NCBI GenBank assembly: GCA_964392085.1
Contig: CAYMOV010000001.1
Location: forward strand, 3,566-67,565
DNA: 64,000 nt
Direction: 5' to 3'
Origin: an uncultured bacterium
Lineage (GTDB): Bacteria; Oederibacteriota; Muellerivitia; Muellerivitales; Muellerivitaceae
Shown: positions 37,364 through 47,074 of the stretch, piece by piece
Layout of the letters: each line of letters opens with the position of its first letter
Numbering within the stretch: position 1 is the first letter of the stretch
Program-made: the position numbers and the translations under genes
Notes under the pieces: model-generated
Seen by the model: the letters and a program-made list of their open reading frames with translations, nothing else
The model's database searches: none
What the model was told of the DNA's origin: nothing

Positions 37364-39830
37364 GCTGATCGACGCCCTCCGGGGCAAGGCCGATTCCACC
37401 GTGGGTCCCCTGCGGATCCGGGACGCCTTCGTCAGCAACCTGAAGTACCGGCTGGTCAAGGAAGCCCAGACCGCCACCGAATACGACCGTTACCTCAGCC
37501 TCGCCTACGCCCTTTGGGAACGCCTGGTGGAGAATTGGCTGGCCACGCAAAAGACCTACCACGAGAAGCGGGCCAAGCGGGTCTATTACCTTTCGCTCGA
37601 ATTCCTCATGGGCCGAACCCTGGGGAACACCCTGATCAACCTGAGGGAATGGAACCACGCCACCCAGGCCCTGGACGAACTGGGCTTGAACCTTGAGGAG
37701 ATCCGGGAGATCGAACCGGACGCGGGGTTGGGCAACGGCGGTTTGGGCCGCCTGGCGGCCTGCTTCATGGATTCCCTGGCCACCCTCGAGATCCCCGCCT
37801 ACGGCTACGGCATCCGTTACGACTACGGCATCTTCCGGCAGAAGATCGTTCAGGGGAACCAGGTGGAGGAGCCCGACGAGTGGCTGGGCCGCACCAACCC
37901 CTGGGAAGTGGCCCGTCCGGAGTACACCTTCCGGGTGAAGTTCGGGGGCCGTTGCGCCAAACGGAAACACGCCGACGGCCGGGAGATCTGGGAATGGATC
38001 AGCGACGACGACGTCCTGGCGATGGCCTATGACACCCCGATCCCAGGGTACGGCCTCCGGACGGTCAACAACCTCCGGCTTTGGAGCGCGAAGGCCACCG
38101 AAGAGTTCGAGCTGGACTATTTCAACAAGGGCAACTATTTCGCGGCCACCTCCAAGAAGACCCAGACCGAAAGCATCTCCAAGGTCCTGTACCCCAACGA
38201 CAACAGCCCCGAGGGACGGGAGCTCCGGCTTAAGCAGCAATACTTTTTCGTGTCCGCCTCACTGCAGGACATCATGCGCCGGTTCAAGCGCGAGCGAAGC
38301 AACCTGAGGGAACTGCCGGACGCCGTGGCCATGCAGTTGAACGACACCCACCCCTCGATCGCCGTGGCTGAACTTATGCGCATCCTGGTGGACGAGGAAG
38401 GTTTGGCTTGGGACGTGGCCTGGGACCTGACCCAACGCACCTTGGCCTACACCAACCATACCCTCCTTCCCGAGGCCCTCGAGAAGTGGCCCCGGGGCCT
38501 CTTTGAGAAGCTCCTTCCGAGGCACCTGATCCTCATCCAGGACATCAACGCCAAGTTCCTGAAGGATGTGGCGGCCAAGTACCCCGGGGACACCGATCGG
38601 ATGCGCCGCATGTCCCTGTTCGAGGAAGGGCACGACCCCCATATCCGGATGGCGCACTTGGCCATTTTGGGGAGCCATTCCACCAACGGCGTTTCGGCGC
38701 TCCATAGCGACCTGTTGAAGAACTCCGTTTTGCCTGATTTCTACGCCATGTTCCCGGACCGTTTCAACAACAAGACCAACGGAATCACCCAGCGGCGCTG
38801 GCTCCTGAAGGCCAATTCGGGACTGGCCGCCCTCATCTCCTCCAAGATCGGGGAGGGTTGGATCACCGACCTTTCCCAGTTGTCGAAGCTGGTCAAGTAC
38901 TCGGAGGACCCCGACTTCCTGTCCCAATGGCGGGCGATCAAGCGGGAAAACAAGGTCCGGTTGGCCAAGGTCATCGGCGACGAGTTGCGCCAGGTCGTGG
39001 ACCCGGACTCCCTCTTCGACGTACAGGTCAAGCGTATCCACGAGTACAAGCGCCAACTCCTCTGCGCGCTCCATGTCCTGGCCCTCTACAACCGCATCAA
39101 GGCCGACCCGACGGTCCAGGTCACCCCCCGGACGGTGATGTTCGGCGGCAAGGCCGCCCCGGGTTATTTCAAGGCCAAGCTCATCATCAAGTTCATCGGC
39201 GCCCTGTCGGAGTTGATCAACAGCGACCCGGACATGAAGGGCAAGCTGACGGTCCTGTTCCTCCCCAATTATCGGGTGTCCCTCGCCGAGAAGATCATGC
39301 CGGCCAGCGACCTGTCCGAGCAGATCTCCACCGCGGGCAAGGAGGCCTCGGGGACGGGCAACATGAAGTTCGCCCTGAACGGCGCCCTCACCATCGGAAC
39401 CCTGGACGGGGCCAACATCGAGATCCTTGACGAGGTGGGGAAGGACAACATCTTCATCTTCGGCCTCAAGACCGAGGAGGTCGGGGCGCTCCGAAACAAG
39501 GGCTACAACCCGAGGGATTACATCGAGCGTTCCCCTGAGCTCAAGGGCGTGATGAGCCTGATCTCCAGCGGCTTCCTGTCCGCCGACAACCCGGGTCTCT
39601 TCGCCCCCTTGGTGGACGACCTGTACAACCACGATGAATACATGTTGATGGCTGATTTTGACGCCTACGTGGATTGCCAGGACAAGGTGTCCGCGGCTTA
39701 CCGCGACCAGGACCAATGGGCCAAGATGTCGGTGCTGAACGTGGCCCACATGGGATTTTTCTCCAGCGACCGGACCATCGCGGAATACTGCAAGGAAATC
39801 TGGGACGTCCACCCGATCCACATCGATTGA
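37353..39830 (+). CDS. glgP: Glycogen/alpha-glucan phosphorylase.
   Basis: 825 aa. Conserved EASGTGNMKFALNGALTIGTLDGANIE pyridoxal-phosphate region. Confidence 0.92.
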   Translation: MNFKLIDALRGKADSTVGPLRIRDAFVSNLKYRLVKEAQTATEYDRYLSLAYALWERLVENWLATQKTYHEKRAKRVYYLSLEFLMGRTLGNTLINLREWNHATQALDELGLNLEEIREIEPDAGLGNGGLGRLAACFMDSLATLEIPAYGYGIRYDYGIFRQKIVQGNQVEEPDEWLGRTNPWEVARPEYTFRVKFGGRCAKRKHADGREIWEWISDDDVLAMAYDTPIPGYGLRTVNNLRLWSAKATEEFELDYFNKGNYFAATSKKTQTESISKVLYPNDNSPEGRELRLKQQYFFVSASLQDIMRRFKRERSNLRELPDAVAMQLNDTHPSIAVAELMRILVDEEGLAWDVAWDLTQRTLAYTNHTLLPEALEKWPRGLFEKLLPRHLILIQDINAKFLKDVAAKYPGDTDRMRRMSLFEEGHDPHIRMAHLAILGSHSTNGVSALHSDLLKNSVLPDFYAMFPDRFNNKTNGITQRRWLLKANSGLAALISSKIGEGWITDLSQLSKLVKYSEDPDFLSQWRAIKRENKVRLAKVIGDELRQVVDPDSLFDVQVKRIHEYKRQLLCALHVLALYNRIKADPTVQVTPRTVMFGGKAAPGYFKAKLIIKFIGALSELINSDPDMKGKLTVLFLPNYRVSLAEKIMPASDLSEQISTAGKEASGTGNMKFALNGALTIGTLDGANIEILDEVGKDNIFIFGLKTEEVGALRNKGYNPRDYIERSPELKGVMSLISSGFLSADNPGLFAPLVDDLYNHDEYMLMADFDAYVDCQDKVSAAYRDQDQWAKMSVLNVAHMGFFSSDRTIAEYCKEIWDVHPIHID

Positions 39831-39982
39831 AACGGAAAAGCCCCGAATCAAAGCTGATTTGACCACGGAGGGCACGGGGTTCACGGAGTATTAATTTTAG
39901 CCAAGTCATCCTATCAACATGTGATTGGCTCCGTGACCTCCGCTTTCCCCGTGGTTCAAACGTTGTATTTCCGGAGTAGGAA

Positions 39983-40297
39983 ATGGATCCCAGCAAACTG
40001 CCCTTGATCCTCGAACTCCTCCAGGACGATCCCGATGACCCCGTCCTCTTATTGAATGCCGGTAAGATCCTCCTCCAAACCCAACAGGCCGAGGAGGCCT
40101 TGATCCACCTCCGGAGGCTCGCCGAGAAGCACCCCACGAACATGGCGGTCTACCGCGAATTGGGCGCCGCCTTCCTCGCGAGGGGGGAGACCCGATCGGC
40201 GAGGCAGGCTTTTGAGATGGGACGTCAGGTCTCGCTGGCCGCCCGGGACCCCTCGGCCGCCTCGGAATATGAATCCCTGATCGGCCAATGCGTCTGA
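39983..40297 (+). CDS. Small TPR-like protein (104 aa).
   Basis: Helical repeats (ALIHLRRLAEKHP, AVYRELGAAFLARGE, ARQAFEMGRQ). GGAG RBS. Overlaps the start of the downstream GT-C gene by 10 nt. Confidence 0.45.
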   Translation: MDPSKLPLILELLQDDPDDPVLLLNAGKILLQTQQAEEALIHLRRLAEKHPTNMAVYRELGAAFLARGETRSARQAFEMGRQVSLAARDPSAASEYESLIGQCV

Positions 40298-42399
40298 CCC
40301 CGGGCAGGTCCATGGGCCTCGCGTTCGCAGGTGTCCTTTTGGGCCAAGCGGTCCTTATGGGCTCATCGACCGTTTGGACCCTGTTCCCCGGCATATTTTT
40401 ATTTGCCGTCTCGGCTTATCTCCTTCACGGCCAAAGCACGGCCCCGGTACCGGCCCCACCCCGCTCGGTGGAGTTCATCGCATTCATCCTCCTGCTCATC
40501 GTTTCCCTGGCCGTCCACCTCAGCGCCCTCCAGCAACAACTCCCGCCTGGGCTCTTCCGAGACTTCGGGTTGACCGGCCTTTTAGCCCTGCGGGTCCTCC
40601 GGGAAGGATGGAACCCTTATGGGGTTTTCAATCCGACCTTGGTGGACTATCCCATCCTTTTCAGCCTCTTGGCCGGTTGGTTCAAATTCTTCCGCGCCGA
40701 TGTTTTTAATCTCCTGCTTTTCTTCCTACTTGCCGATTGGATTGGCTTGGCCGCCTTCTTCTACGTCTTCCGTCGCCTGGCGGGCCCCACCCAAGGATTG
40801 GCTGCGATGCTTCTCTTCGCCTTCATGCGGTGGCACCTCATTTTGGGTTCCACGGGGCACCCCCACCCCGTGGCCCTTTCCCTGGTCGGAATTGGTTTGG
40901 CTTTTGTCTTGGCGGCTGAGGGGAAGCGTTGGCCCCTCGCCCTGTTGGGAGGGATATCCCTCGGTATGGCTCCCTGGATCTACCAAGGCGCGAAGGCCGT
41001 TCCGATCGGGCTCGCCTTGTGGTTGGGTTGGGAAACTTACCGGGACAGGGGATTCCTGAAGCGGAACCAAAAGAGGTTCTTGGCGGCCGGGATCGGGTTT
41101 CTCCTGGTGGCCGGGCCCATGACTATCCGGTGGGTCGGGGAAGGGATCGTCGTGAACCGGGAAGGCCAAGTGGCCCTGGATTGGACACATCAGACTGCGG
41201 GCTCGCTGTTGGCCCACGCCGGATCCTATCTTTTGATGTTCAACCGCCTGGGCGACGCCAATCCCATGGAAAGCATACCGGGAAAGCCCCTGATGGACGC
41301 CATCGGGGGAGCCGCCTTCGCCCTGGGGCTGGGCCTATGGCTTTTTGCGCCGAAAAGACGGATCGCCGCCTGCGGCTTAATCGGCCTATCGGTGGGGTGC
41401 CTTCCCGGATTGCTGTCGAAGGACGCGGCCCATGCTGGTCGGACCTTTGAGATGGCCCCCTGGGTCGCCTTGGCGGCATCCGAGGGTTGGATGGCCTTTT
41501 GGCGGTGGGCGCGGGAGCGCAAGGTTCGCCTGCGCCAACTGGCGCAGGGAGGGCTAGTCCTATTATTGCTTGTCAGTGCCTGGATGAATTGGCGCCAATG
41601 GCGATATGAATGGGCGGGTCAGCCAGGCCTATGGGACCTATTTGACGGCGCCGAGACGAAGTTGGGCAACGACGTCGCCCAATGTCCAGTCGGCATGGAG
41701 TTTCGGGTGTCCAACCAATTCCTCCATCACTTCACCTTCAAGTATCTCGCCTATGACCTCCTCAAGGACTGCAAGCCCCTCGATCCATCGGATTTCCTTA
41801 ACCCGCCTGCTCCTGGTGCCCAAAGGGTCCGGTTCGTTTTGGATCCTGCCCAATCGGCCTATCGGGGCGTTTTATTGACGGAATTTCCGAAGGCGCTGGT
41901 CGAAAGCGTCAACAACCCCAAAGGCGAACCGATCGCGTATCAGATCGACGTGCCAAGCGGCGACTTCAAGCCTTTGAAAAAGGACTACTTCGGCCTTCGG
42001 GCCAGGTTCTTCCTCCGGACGCCCCAAGGGGACAGGTTGTTCTTGGACCGGGTGGACCGGGTGGTCAATTACACCAACGGGAACGACTTCCCGAGGCCGC
42101 CGGGGGAAGAAGGCGTTGTGGTGGTCCAATGGACCGGTTGGATCGACGCCCCAAAGACGGGGGACTACAGCCTGGGGGTGGACGCGACCGGGCCCTTCAA
42201 GTTGAAGGTGGACGGCAAAACCCAGGCAACTCCCGAAGGATTGGGGTTGATCCCTCTGCACATAATGAAAGGCAAGTATCTGTTTGAACTGGATTACTTG
42301 CCGAAAAGGGAGTGGACTGAAAAACTTAATCTGACCTTTGGAATTGTTGAACAAACTGGCATTGACGATTTAACGCTGATTGGGTTCGCCACAAAATAG
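40288..42399 (+). CDS. GT-C-fold polytopic membrane glycosyltransferase-like protein with a C-terminal PA14 domain (703 aa).
   Basis: About 12 N-terminal TM helices with an Arg/Asp first loop, resembling ArnT/PMT-type GT-C enzymes. The C-terminal roughly 150 aa carries a PA14-like block (VVVVQWTGWIDAPKTGDYSLGVDATGPFKLKVDG). The last roughly 50 codons are AT-rich. Confidence 0.55.
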   Translation: MRLTPGRSMGLAFAGVLLGQAVLMGSSTVWTLFPGIFLFAVSAYLLHGQSTAPVPAPPRSVEFIAFILLLIVSLAVHLSALQQQLPPGLFRDFGLTGLLALRVLREGWNPYGVFNPTLVDYPILFSLLAGWFKFFRADVFNLLLFFLLADWIGLAAFFYVFRRLAGPTQGLAAMLLFAFMRWHLILGSTGHPHPVALSLVGIGLAFVLAAEGKRWPLALLGGISLGMAPWIYQGAKAVPIGLALWLGWETYRDRGFLKRNQKRFLAAGIGFLLVAGPMTIRWVGEGIVVNREGQVALDWTHQTAGSLLAHAGSYLLMFNRLGDANPMESIPGKPLMDAIGGAAFALGLGLWLFAPKRRIAACGLIGLSVGCLPGLLSKDAAHAGRTFEMAPWVALAASEGWMAFWRWARERKVRLRQLAQGGLVLLLLVSAWMNWRQWRYEWAGQPGLWDLFDGAETKLGNDVAQCPVGMEFRVSNQFLHHFTFKYLAYDLLKDCKPLDPSDFLNPPAPGAQRVRFVLDPAQSAYRGVLLTEFPKALVESVNNPKGEPIAYQIDVPSGDFKPLKKDYFGLRARFFLRTPQGDRLFLDRVDRVVNYTNGNDFPRPPGEEGVVVVQWTGWIDAPKTGDYSLGVDATGPFKLKVDGKTQATPEGLGLIPLHIMKGKYLFELDYLPKREWTEKLNLTFGIVEQTGIDDLTLIGFATK

Positions 42400-42421
42400 G
42401 TTCAAGGAATATATTCAACAA

Positions 42422-42784
42422 ATGAAACCACCAATCATCCTTGATGAAAATGGGAATTTAATGTTTTTTAAATCCTCAGATTCGGTTGAAGCCTACATCG
42501 AATTAATTGACGTAAAGAATAACGAGTATCAAGTCTACGATTCGGAGGGCAAAACATTGGACTTATTTGTTGAGCTCTATAAAAGGAAATGGTTGGGAAT
42601 TACGCTCATGTCGTTTGAAATCGTTAAAATCAGGATGTCGACTTTAAATAACAACAGTCAAGAACAACTAAAACCAAAGATGCTGAAGCTTTTAAAAGAC
42701 GGCAGCCGGGATGCCGAAAAACTTGATGCTCTATCTTTTAAGGAATTGGTTGATCGGTGCTTTGAAAATTACCCAGAAAAGTGA
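42422..42784 (+). CDS. Orphan hypothetical protein (about 120 aa) in a strongly AT-rich island.
   Basis: Open frame with the ATG at 42422 (track ORF from 42380). Composition roughly 35-40% GC by eye against more than 60% for the flanks. No recognisable family. Confidence 0.5.
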   Translation: MKPPIILDENGNLMFFKSSDSVEAYIELIDVKNNEYQVYDSEGKTLDLFVELYKRKWLGITLMSFEIVKIRMSTLNNNSQEQLKPKMLKLLKDGSRDAEKLDALSFKELVDRCFENYPEK

Positions 42785-42851
42785 CAGGTTCGTAAAAACT
42801 ATTTAACGCGAAATAACATCAGGATTTATTCGTGGTCGCCATGGCGAATAC

Positions 42852-44024
42852 TCAACGCACTTCCAAGACCTGATCGATCTTGTGGAGCAGCGACTCCAGT
42901 TGGTCCGGCGGGGGGAGGAACGACAGCTGGGGGACGTCCACCTTGGCGGCGGTCACCTGGTCGCGCTTGAGCTCCTCCTGGAGCGACCTGATGGAGGCGC
43001 GGGACCGGTCCATCTCGGCCTGGAGGTTCTCGACGGCGCGGCGGGCCGATTCCATTTCCTGCTGGTTCCGCTCATAGGAATTCTTCATCGTGGCGGTCTT
43101 GCCGTCGTCCACCCGGCCTTGAAGTTCCTGGACCCGGGCCTTCAGGCTGTTGACTTCAGACTGGGATGCCTCCACCTGCAGTTGGACGTCCTTCTGCTTC
43201 AGCTGGTTCTGCTCGGCGGCCTGGATACGCTCCTCAGCCCTTCGTTTAGCGGTCTCGGCCGCCTTCTGGGCTTCCTCAATCTCCATCTTGGACAGTTCCA
43301 GGTCGTCGCTGAGGCTCATGGCCTTCTTGGCGGCGGCCTCCAGGGCGGATTGGCCCTCGCGGCGGACGCCCTCCACTTCCTGTTCCTTCACGCGGATCTT
43401 TTCGGCGGCGTCCCGGCGGGCGCCCTCGACCTCGGCCTTGGCGGACTCGGCGGCCTTACGGGACTCCTCCAAGTGCTTCTGGGAGGAGTTGAGCTGGTCG
43501 CGGAGGGATTGCAGTTCACGCGAGGAGGATTGGGTCAAGGTCTCGCGTTCCTTTTTCAGATCTTCCCGCAGGGCCTGGAGTTCCTTCTCGGAGGATTGCT
43601 TCAACCCCTCCCGTTCCTTCTGGATCTCTTGGCGGACGGAAGCGAGTTCCTGGCGGGCGGTCTCGAGTGCCTTCTTGGTGTCGGCTGTATCCTGGTCGTG
43701 CTTCTGGAGGGTTTCCTTCAGCTCGAGGGAATGCTTGAGGGAGCCCTCGGAGGACTTGCGCATCTCCAGGAGGTTGCGCTCGGCCACCTCCAGGAGCTTC
43801 TGGGCCTCCTCCCGCGCCTTCTCGGCGCGGTGGTACTCGTCGGCGATGTTCATGGCGGCCAGGATGGCCACCTTGGCCGCGGGGGCCGAGGACTTCTTGC
43901 CGATCTCGTTCATCTTGCCGTCGACGTACTTGGACAGGTCCGTGATGTAGTGGGGGTCGGCGTCGCCCTTGAGGGTGTATTCGTTCCCGTAAATGTTCAC
44001 GGTCACCGACTTCTTGTCGCTCAT
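42852..44024 (-). CDS. zapA: ZapA-domain cell-division protein with a long C-terminal coiled-coil (390 aa).
   Basis: N-terminal VTVNIYGNEYTLKGDADPHYITDLSKYVDGKMNEI...AILAAMNIADE matches the ZapA fold signature. About 290 aa of heptad-rich E/K/Q/R/A coiled coil follow. Confidence 0.7.
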   Translation of the reverse strand: MSDKKSVTVNIYGNEYTLKGDADPHYITDLSKYVDGKMNEIGKKSSAPAAKVAILAAMNIADEYHRAEKAREEAQKLLEVAERNLLEMRKSSEGSLKHSLELKETLQKHDQDTADTKKALETARQELASVRQEIQKEREGLKQSSEKELQALREDLKKERETLTQSSSRELQSLRDQLNSSQKHLEESRKAAESAKAEVEGARRDAAEKIRVKEQEVEGVRREGQSALEAAAKKAMSLSDDLELSKMEIEEAQKAAETAKRRAEERIQAAEQNQLKQKDVQLQVEASQSEVNSLKARVQELQGRVDDGKTATMKNSYERNQQEMESARRAVENLQAEMDRSRASIRSLQEELKRDQVTAAKVDVPQLSFLPPPDQLESLLHKIDQVLEVR

Positions 44025-44046
44025 CGGGGCCTCTCCAGGGGATAGG

Positions 44047-44295
44047 TCACTTCGGGGTGGATTCCAGGTCGTCGACCAGCGGCTTCATCTTCTTCAGGTT
44101 GTCCCGAAGCTGCCGCAGGTCCTCCAGGGCTTCCATGTACTTCAGGCGCCAAACGTCGTCGTCGGGGGAATCCTGGGGGAGCGAAGGCTTTTGCCCGGTT
44201 TGGAGCTTCAACTTCTGGTTTTCCCGCATCAACTGCCCGTTGGAGGACCGGAGCTTCACCACGATGTCCAACAGGCGTTGGATGCGGTCTTCCAG
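44047..44295 (-). CDS. Small coiled-coil protein, ZapB-like (start uncertain; the track ORF extends to 44382 and overlaps pheT).
   Basis: LEDRIQRLLDIVVKLRSSNGQLMRENQKLKLQ...ALEDLRQLRDNLKKM heptads. Sits between pheT and zapA. No ATG after the pheT stop; TTG/GTG candidates only. Confidence 0.35.
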   Translation of the reverse strand: MEDRIQRLLDIVVKLRSSNGQLMRENQKLKLQTGQKPSLPQDSPDDDVWRLKYMEALEDLRQLRDNLKKMKPLVDDLESTPK

Positions 44296-44329
44296 GCCTT
44301 CCCAGGCGGCCTGGGGGGAGTTCGACGGG

Positions 44330-46738
44330 TTATCGGAGGGCAACGGCGTACCTCTTCTGGAGGGTATCCACGATCCGCTCAACCTGCTCAGCCACTTCAG
44401 CGTCGGTCAATGTCCGATCGGGCGACTGGAACGATAGGCGGTAGGCCAAGCTGCGGCGCCCCTCCGGCAGGTTCTTCCCGCGATACAGGTCGAAGAGGAC
44501 CGTTTCCACCAGGCTCGGGCCCCCGGTCTCCCGGATCAGCGACTCGATCTCGGCGTTGGAGCGCTCATCCGGCACCACCAGCGCCAGGTCCCGACGCGCC
44601 TCCGGGAACTTGGGAAGCGGCGTCACCGTGACGCCCTTCCGGGCGGCGGCCCAACAGGCCTCGAGGTTGACCTCGACCGCGAAGCATTCCTGGGCGATAT
44701 CATAGGCTTTCTTGACCTTGGGGTCGAGTTCGCCGCCCCAAGCCAAAAGGGTGTTCCCGGGGCCCAGGACCCGGAAAGAAACGCCCGTACGGTAAGGGAA
44801 TCCTTCCTGGCCGTATTCCCAGGCCAGGGCGGCACCGGGGGCAAGTTCCGCCAAGGCGTCGGCCGCCAGGCCCTTCAAATCGAAAAAGTCCACGTTGCGG
44901 GATGGGTTCTCCCAACCCGTCCCAGCCGCCGCGCCCGCCAGGACGGCCCCGACCTGGAGCCGTTCCGTCAAGGTTCCCCCCGGCTGGGGAAGGAAGGCTT
45001 TGTTGACCTCGAAAAAGGCGGCGCCGTCCTGCTGGAAAGATAGGTTGAGTTTGACGTTCGCCAAAAGCGAGGGAACCAGGGTCGGCCGCATCACCGCTTG
45101 GTCCTCGGCGATGGGGTTGACCAAGACGTGGGCGGACCGGAATGGATGGCCAGGGGGAAGCTTCAGGCGATCGGCGAAATCCGGCGGGAGGAACGAGGTG
45201 TTGACGGCTTCCGTCAGGCCGTGGCGCTGGAACGCGCGCCGGGCGGATCGCAGGGGCCGTTGGACCTCAGGGAGCTTCGAAGGGGACACCCGGATCGGGG
45301 GTGCGGTCAGGGGAAGGCGGTCGTACCCGTTCATCCGGGCCACTTCCTCGATCAGGTCGATTTCGGCGTTGAGGTCCACGCGCCAGGTCGGCAGGGTCAC
45401 CTGGGCCGTATCGCCCTCGGGCAGGATCCGGCAGCCCAAGGCCGCCAGGAAGCCGTATTGCGCCTCGGCGGAAAGCTGGATCCCCAAAACCTTGTTGCAA
45501 CGGGCCGGCCGGAACACCACCGTCTTGGGTTCCAAGGGGCCTGACTCGGATAGCACGATTCCCTTGAGGATTTCCCCTCCCGCCACCTGTTGAATCAGGG
45601 CGGCGGCCCTGTCCAAGGCTCGAAGCACTCCGGCGTGATCGATGCCACGCTCGAAACGGTAGGAGGAATCCGTCGAGATCCCCAGGCGACGGGCGGTGCG
45701 GCGGACCAAGCCCGGTTGGAACAGGGCGGCTTCCAGGAGGATGTTCTTGGTCCCGGCCGAAACCATGGATTGGGAACCGCCCATGACGCCCGCGAGGGCC
45801 ACCGGTTTCCTCGAGTCGGCGATCACCAGGACGTCGGGGTTTAATTCCTTCTCGGTGCCGTCCAACAGGGGGATCCTTTCCCCGGACTTGGCCCGTCGGA
45901 CAACGATCTGGTGGCCCTCCAGGAGGTCGAAATCGAAGGTGTGGAGCGGCTGACCCAGTTCGAAGAGGATGAAATTCGTGACGTCCACCACGTTGTTGAT
46001 GGATTTTTGGCCGAGCCTCTCCAACTTTTCCTTCAGCCACCGGGGGGAAGGCCCGACTTGGATCCCCTCCAGGAGACGGCAGCTATAGAACGGGCAACCC
46101 GTCGGGTCCTCGACCCTCAGGCCGACTTTTAAGGAAGCCTCGGCACCGTTCTCAACCAGTTTCGGTTCGGCGGGGAACTTCGGTTCCAATTTCAGGAGGG
46201 CGCCCAGTTCACGGGCCAAACCGTAATGGCTGAGCAGGTCGGCCCGGTTGGGCGTCAGTTCCACCTCGAACAGGGTGTCGGGCAGGCCGAGATAGTCCTT
46301 CAGGTCGGCGCCAACGGGAGCGTCCTCGGGGAGCAGGTAGATGCCATCGGCGTCGGCCGCGAGACCCAATTCCTTGGCGGAACACATCATGCCGAAGGAT
46401 TCCACCCCGCGGATCTTGGCCATCTCGAGTCTGTCCAAGCCCGGAAGGGAAGCTCCCACGAGGGCCAGGGGAACCTTCTGCCCCGGCGCGATGTTTTTCG
46501 CGCCGCAGACCACTTGGAGGGTTTCGGAACCGGTGGAAACTTTCGTCAAGGAAAGGCGGTCGGCTTGGGGGTGTTTCGCCACTTCCATCAGTTGGGCCAC
46601 GATGACCTTCGAGAGGCCGGCTCCGGCTTCCTGGACGTTTCCCACTTCAATGCCGGCCGCCACGAGTTTCGGCAGGACTTCCTTGAAGGGCCCCTTCAGG
46701 GGAAGGTAATCGAGTATCCAGCGGGACGAGGCTTGCAT
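44330..46738 (-). CDS. pheT: Phenylalanine--tRNA ligase beta subunit.
   Basis: 802 aa with a tRNA-binding N-terminal domain, B3/4 and B5 domains, and a C-terminal anticodon-binding domain aligned to PheT. Confidence 0.92.
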   Translation of the reverse strand: MQASSRWILDYLPLKGPFKEVLPKLVAAGIEVGNVQEAGAGLSKVIVAQLMEVAKHPQADRLSLTKVSTGSETLQVVCGAKNIAPGQKVPLALVGASLPGLDRLEMAKIRGVESFGMMCSAKELGLAADADGIYLLPEDAPVGADLKDYLGLPDTLFEVELTPNRADLLSHYGLARELGALLKLEPKFPAEPKLVENGAEASLKVGLRVEDPTGCPFYSCRLLEGIQVGPSPRWLKEKLERLGQKSINNVVDVTNFILFELGQPLHTFDFDLLEGHQIVVRRAKSGERIPLLDGTEKELNPDVLVIADSRKPVALAGVMGGSQSMVSAGTKNILLEAALFQPGLVRRTARRLGISTDSSYRFERGIDHAGVLRALDRAAALIQQVAGGEILKGIVLSESGPLEPKTVVFRPARCNKVLGIQLSAEAQYGFLAALGCRILPEGDTAQVTLPTWRVDLNAEIDLIEEVARMNGYDRLPLTAPPIRVSPSKLPEVQRPLRSARRAFQRHGLTEAVNTSFLPPDFADRLKLPPGHPFRSAHVLVNPIAEDQAVMRPTLVPSLLANVKLNLSFQQDGAAFFEVNKAFLPQPGGTLTERLQVGAVLAGAAAGTGWENPSRNVDFFDLKGLAADALAELAPGAALAWEYGQEGFPYRTGVSFRVLGPGNTLLAWGGELDPKVKKAYDIAQECFAVEVNLEACWAAARKGVTVTPLPKFPEARRDLALVVPDERSNAEIESLIRETGGPSLVETVLFDLYRGKNLPEGRRSLAYRLSFQSPDRTLTDAEVAEQVERIVDTLQKRYAVALR

Positions 46739-47074
46739 GGGAACCTTGGGGGGCTTCGGCGGGTCTTTTCAGGTGAAAACGCCTAAAAAGTCCGAAACAC
46801 CATGAATTTTCGTGAGTTTAAGGGAGCCCTACGGGGCTGTCAACGTTTCCGGCGTTGGAACAACCTTGGAAACGCCCTTTTTAAGGTGATTTTTGGGGAA
46901 GGCCGTCGTATAAATGCGCCTCTTGGTTTGCTGAAACCCAGCCAATCATTGGTTTTGTCTGGATGTCCGGTGAAAAGCCCTTGACCAGTGGGCTTTCATC
47001 CTAATGAACCCCTATTCCGATCTGCCCGGGATCACCGGCTGGGTCGGTTTTCCATCCTTCGACGAAAGGTGGTG

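Noticed and set aside
46802-46984. 60-aa ORF in the pheT/prfB divergent intergenic region.
   Set aside because: No RBS and an Arg/Gly-rich composition. The region more plausibly holds the promoters and the prfB leader.
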